64,000 nucleotides of DNA from Squalus acanthias (lineage: Eukaryota): contig CM059433.1 in the NCBI GenBank assembly GCA_030390025.1, positions 22,198,001 through 22,262,000 of the forward strand, given 5' to 3'. Below the pieces are notes generated by a model that did no database searches, was not told the origin of the DNA, and saw nothing but the letters and a program-made list of their open reading frames with translations. Made by a program: the position numbers and the translations under genes. Positions 62,290 to 64,000 of this stretch are shown piece after piece. Position 1 is the first letter of the stretch; every line of letters begins with the position of its first letter.

Positions 62290-63141
62290 TAGATCTAGTA
62301 TTGTGCAACAAGAAAGGGTTAATTAATAACCTTGTAGTAAAGGGGCATTTAGGGAAGTGTGACCATAATATGATAGAATTTTATATTGAGTTTGAAAGTG
62401 ATTTAGTTAAATCCGAAACTAGGGTCTTAAATCTAAACAAAGCAAAAATGAGAAGTCGCACAACACCAGGTTATAGTCCAACAGATTTATTTAAAATTAC
62501 AAGCTTTCGGAGCAGTCGCCCCTTCCTCAGGAATTGTAACTTTACCTGAGGAAGGGGCGACAGCTCCAAAAGCTTGTAATTTTAAATAAATCTGTTGGAC
62601 TATAACCTGGTGTTGTGCGACTTCTCATTTTTGTCCACCCCAGTCCAACGCCGGCATCTCCGCATCCTAAACAAAGCAAACTACGTAGGTATGAGGGGTG
62701 AGTTGGCTAAGGTAGATTGGGAAACTACATTAAAAGGTATGATGGTAGAATAGCAATGGCTAGCATTTAAAGAATGAAGACATAATTTACAACAAATATA
62801 CATGCCTTTAAAGAAAAGTGGTCCAACCGTGGCTAAAAAAAGGTGTTAAAGCTAGTATTTGATCAAAGGAAGAGGCTTATAATGTTGCCAAAAAGAGTAG
62901 TAAGCCTGAGGATTGGGAGTATTTTAGAATTCAGCAAAGGAGGACCAAGAAATGGATAAAGAAAAGGAAAATAGAATATGAGAGTAAACTAGCGAGAGAC
63001 ATAAAAAACGATTGTAATAGCTTCTCTAGGTATGTAAAAAGGAAAAGATTAGCAAAAGTAAATGTGAGTCCCTTACAGGCTGAGACAGGAAAAATTATAA
63101 TGGGGAATAAGGAAATGGCAGAGAAATTAAACAAATACTTT
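62290..63141 (+). mobile_element. CR1 ORF2 fragment (endonuclease end and linker)
   Basis: LINNLVVKGHLGKCDHNMIEF..LNLNKA|NYVGMR..MGNKEMAEKLNKYF. Confidence 0.9.
62447..62666. mobile_element. Palindromic Penelope pLTR mini-element with two hammerhead motifs
   Basis: 88-bp inverted arms at 62444-62531 and 62545-62632 (2 mismatches); CTAAACAAAGCAAA duplicated at 62433-62446 and 62667-62680. Confidence 0.92.
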
Positions 63142-64000
63142 GGGGTAGAAATTAGGTCGCGCCCCATTTGGGGCGCAAATATCGTCCGGACGCAAATATT
63201 AGCGCCTGGCGCTAATTATCGGCACTGACAGGAAACTTCACTTTTACCGCCCCGGGAGGTGAGTGGAGCGCTAAAGCAGGCGCTGCACACCTGTCTTAAG
63301 GCGCAAAGGCCAAGGAGTGAGGCGCTAACTCAGCGCGCGAGCGCAGCGCAGCTGCTGCCAGTTAGCGAGGGAACACAGACACACTGGCGCCGGACACTTC
63401 TTAAAGCGGGGGGGGCCACTTGCTCCCCAGCCACACCCTGCTCATTGCAGCCTTGAATCTCAGCCTGGAGAGACCTGTGAATCCATTTTGCTGCCAAGCA
63501 TGGAGAGGGTGAGAGAACGCGCTCATCGCTTCACCGAGCGGGCCTTGGATGCTCTGGTTGGCGCAGTGGAGCGCAGACGATGTATGCTCTTCCCTGAGAG
63601 TGGCAGGAGGCCTTTGCCACGCGAGTTCAGAAGAGTGTGGAGAAGGTGGCTCAGAGCGTCTCCTCCAGGAGCATGGTGCCCAGGACCCATACTCAATGCC
63701 GCAAAAAGTTCAACGACCTCACTTGGGTCGTCAGGGTGAGTGGCTTTTTCTCAATACCTCTCCATCCCTCCATCTCAACCTCACTCTTTGGCCAGAGGGT
63801 CTTAAAACCCCAATGCACAACACTCATCCAACACCTATGGCCCTTTCATGAAACACACACACACATTCCACACTTTGCATACAGTAAGGGCTATTCACCT
63901 ATGGGAGGCACATCAGGCAAGACCATGGCTGTATATTGTAAGGGCTATTCACCTATGGGAGGCACATCAGGCAAGACCATGGCTGCATATTGTAAGGGCT
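63142..64000 (+). mobile_element. Harbinger left end with Myb exon 1 (63500-63735, one frameshift); runs off the window
   Basis: GGGGTAGAAATT terminus; MERVRERAHRFTERALDALVGAVERRRCMLFP.. / ..PRTHTQCRKKFNDLTWVVR|GTGAGT. Confidence 0.9.
63884..64000. repeat. 54-bp tandem repeat (at least 2 units, truncated by the window end)
   Basis: Units start at 63884, 63938 and 63992 (GTAAGGGCTATTCACC...). Confidence 0.92.

Overview
Repeat-dense, apparently intergenic or intronic vertebrate DNA. The repeat inventory (Deu-domain tRNA-SINEs, CR1, L2 and RTE LINEs, Penelope elements, many GC-rich PIF/Harbinger transposons) points to a cartilaginous fish; this is an inference. No host protein-coding gene could be recognised, and every long ORF is transposon-derived or antisense to a transposon ORF. 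Main content: (i) about ten Harbinger elements or derivatives with a HARBI1-type DDE transposase and a convergent, spliced Myb/SANT gene, plus several Harbinger-type MITEs with 3-bp TSDs; (ii) three solo LTRs of one family (TG..CA, 4-bp TSD); (iii) a young Penelope element (RT + GIY-YIG) and four short pLTR insertions that together carry seven minimal hammerhead-ribozyme motifs, including a 220-bp palindromic double-hammerhead mini-element; (iv) about 18 LINE fragments, three Deu-SINEs and two short tandem arrays. The most interesting signals are the covarying hammerhead motifs, the palindromic ribozyme mini-element, and an apparent extended Harbinger target-site preference, including two insertions at the same position of two L2 copies. 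Coordinates of degraded fragments are approximate; TIR and TSD coordinates were read directly from the sequence.
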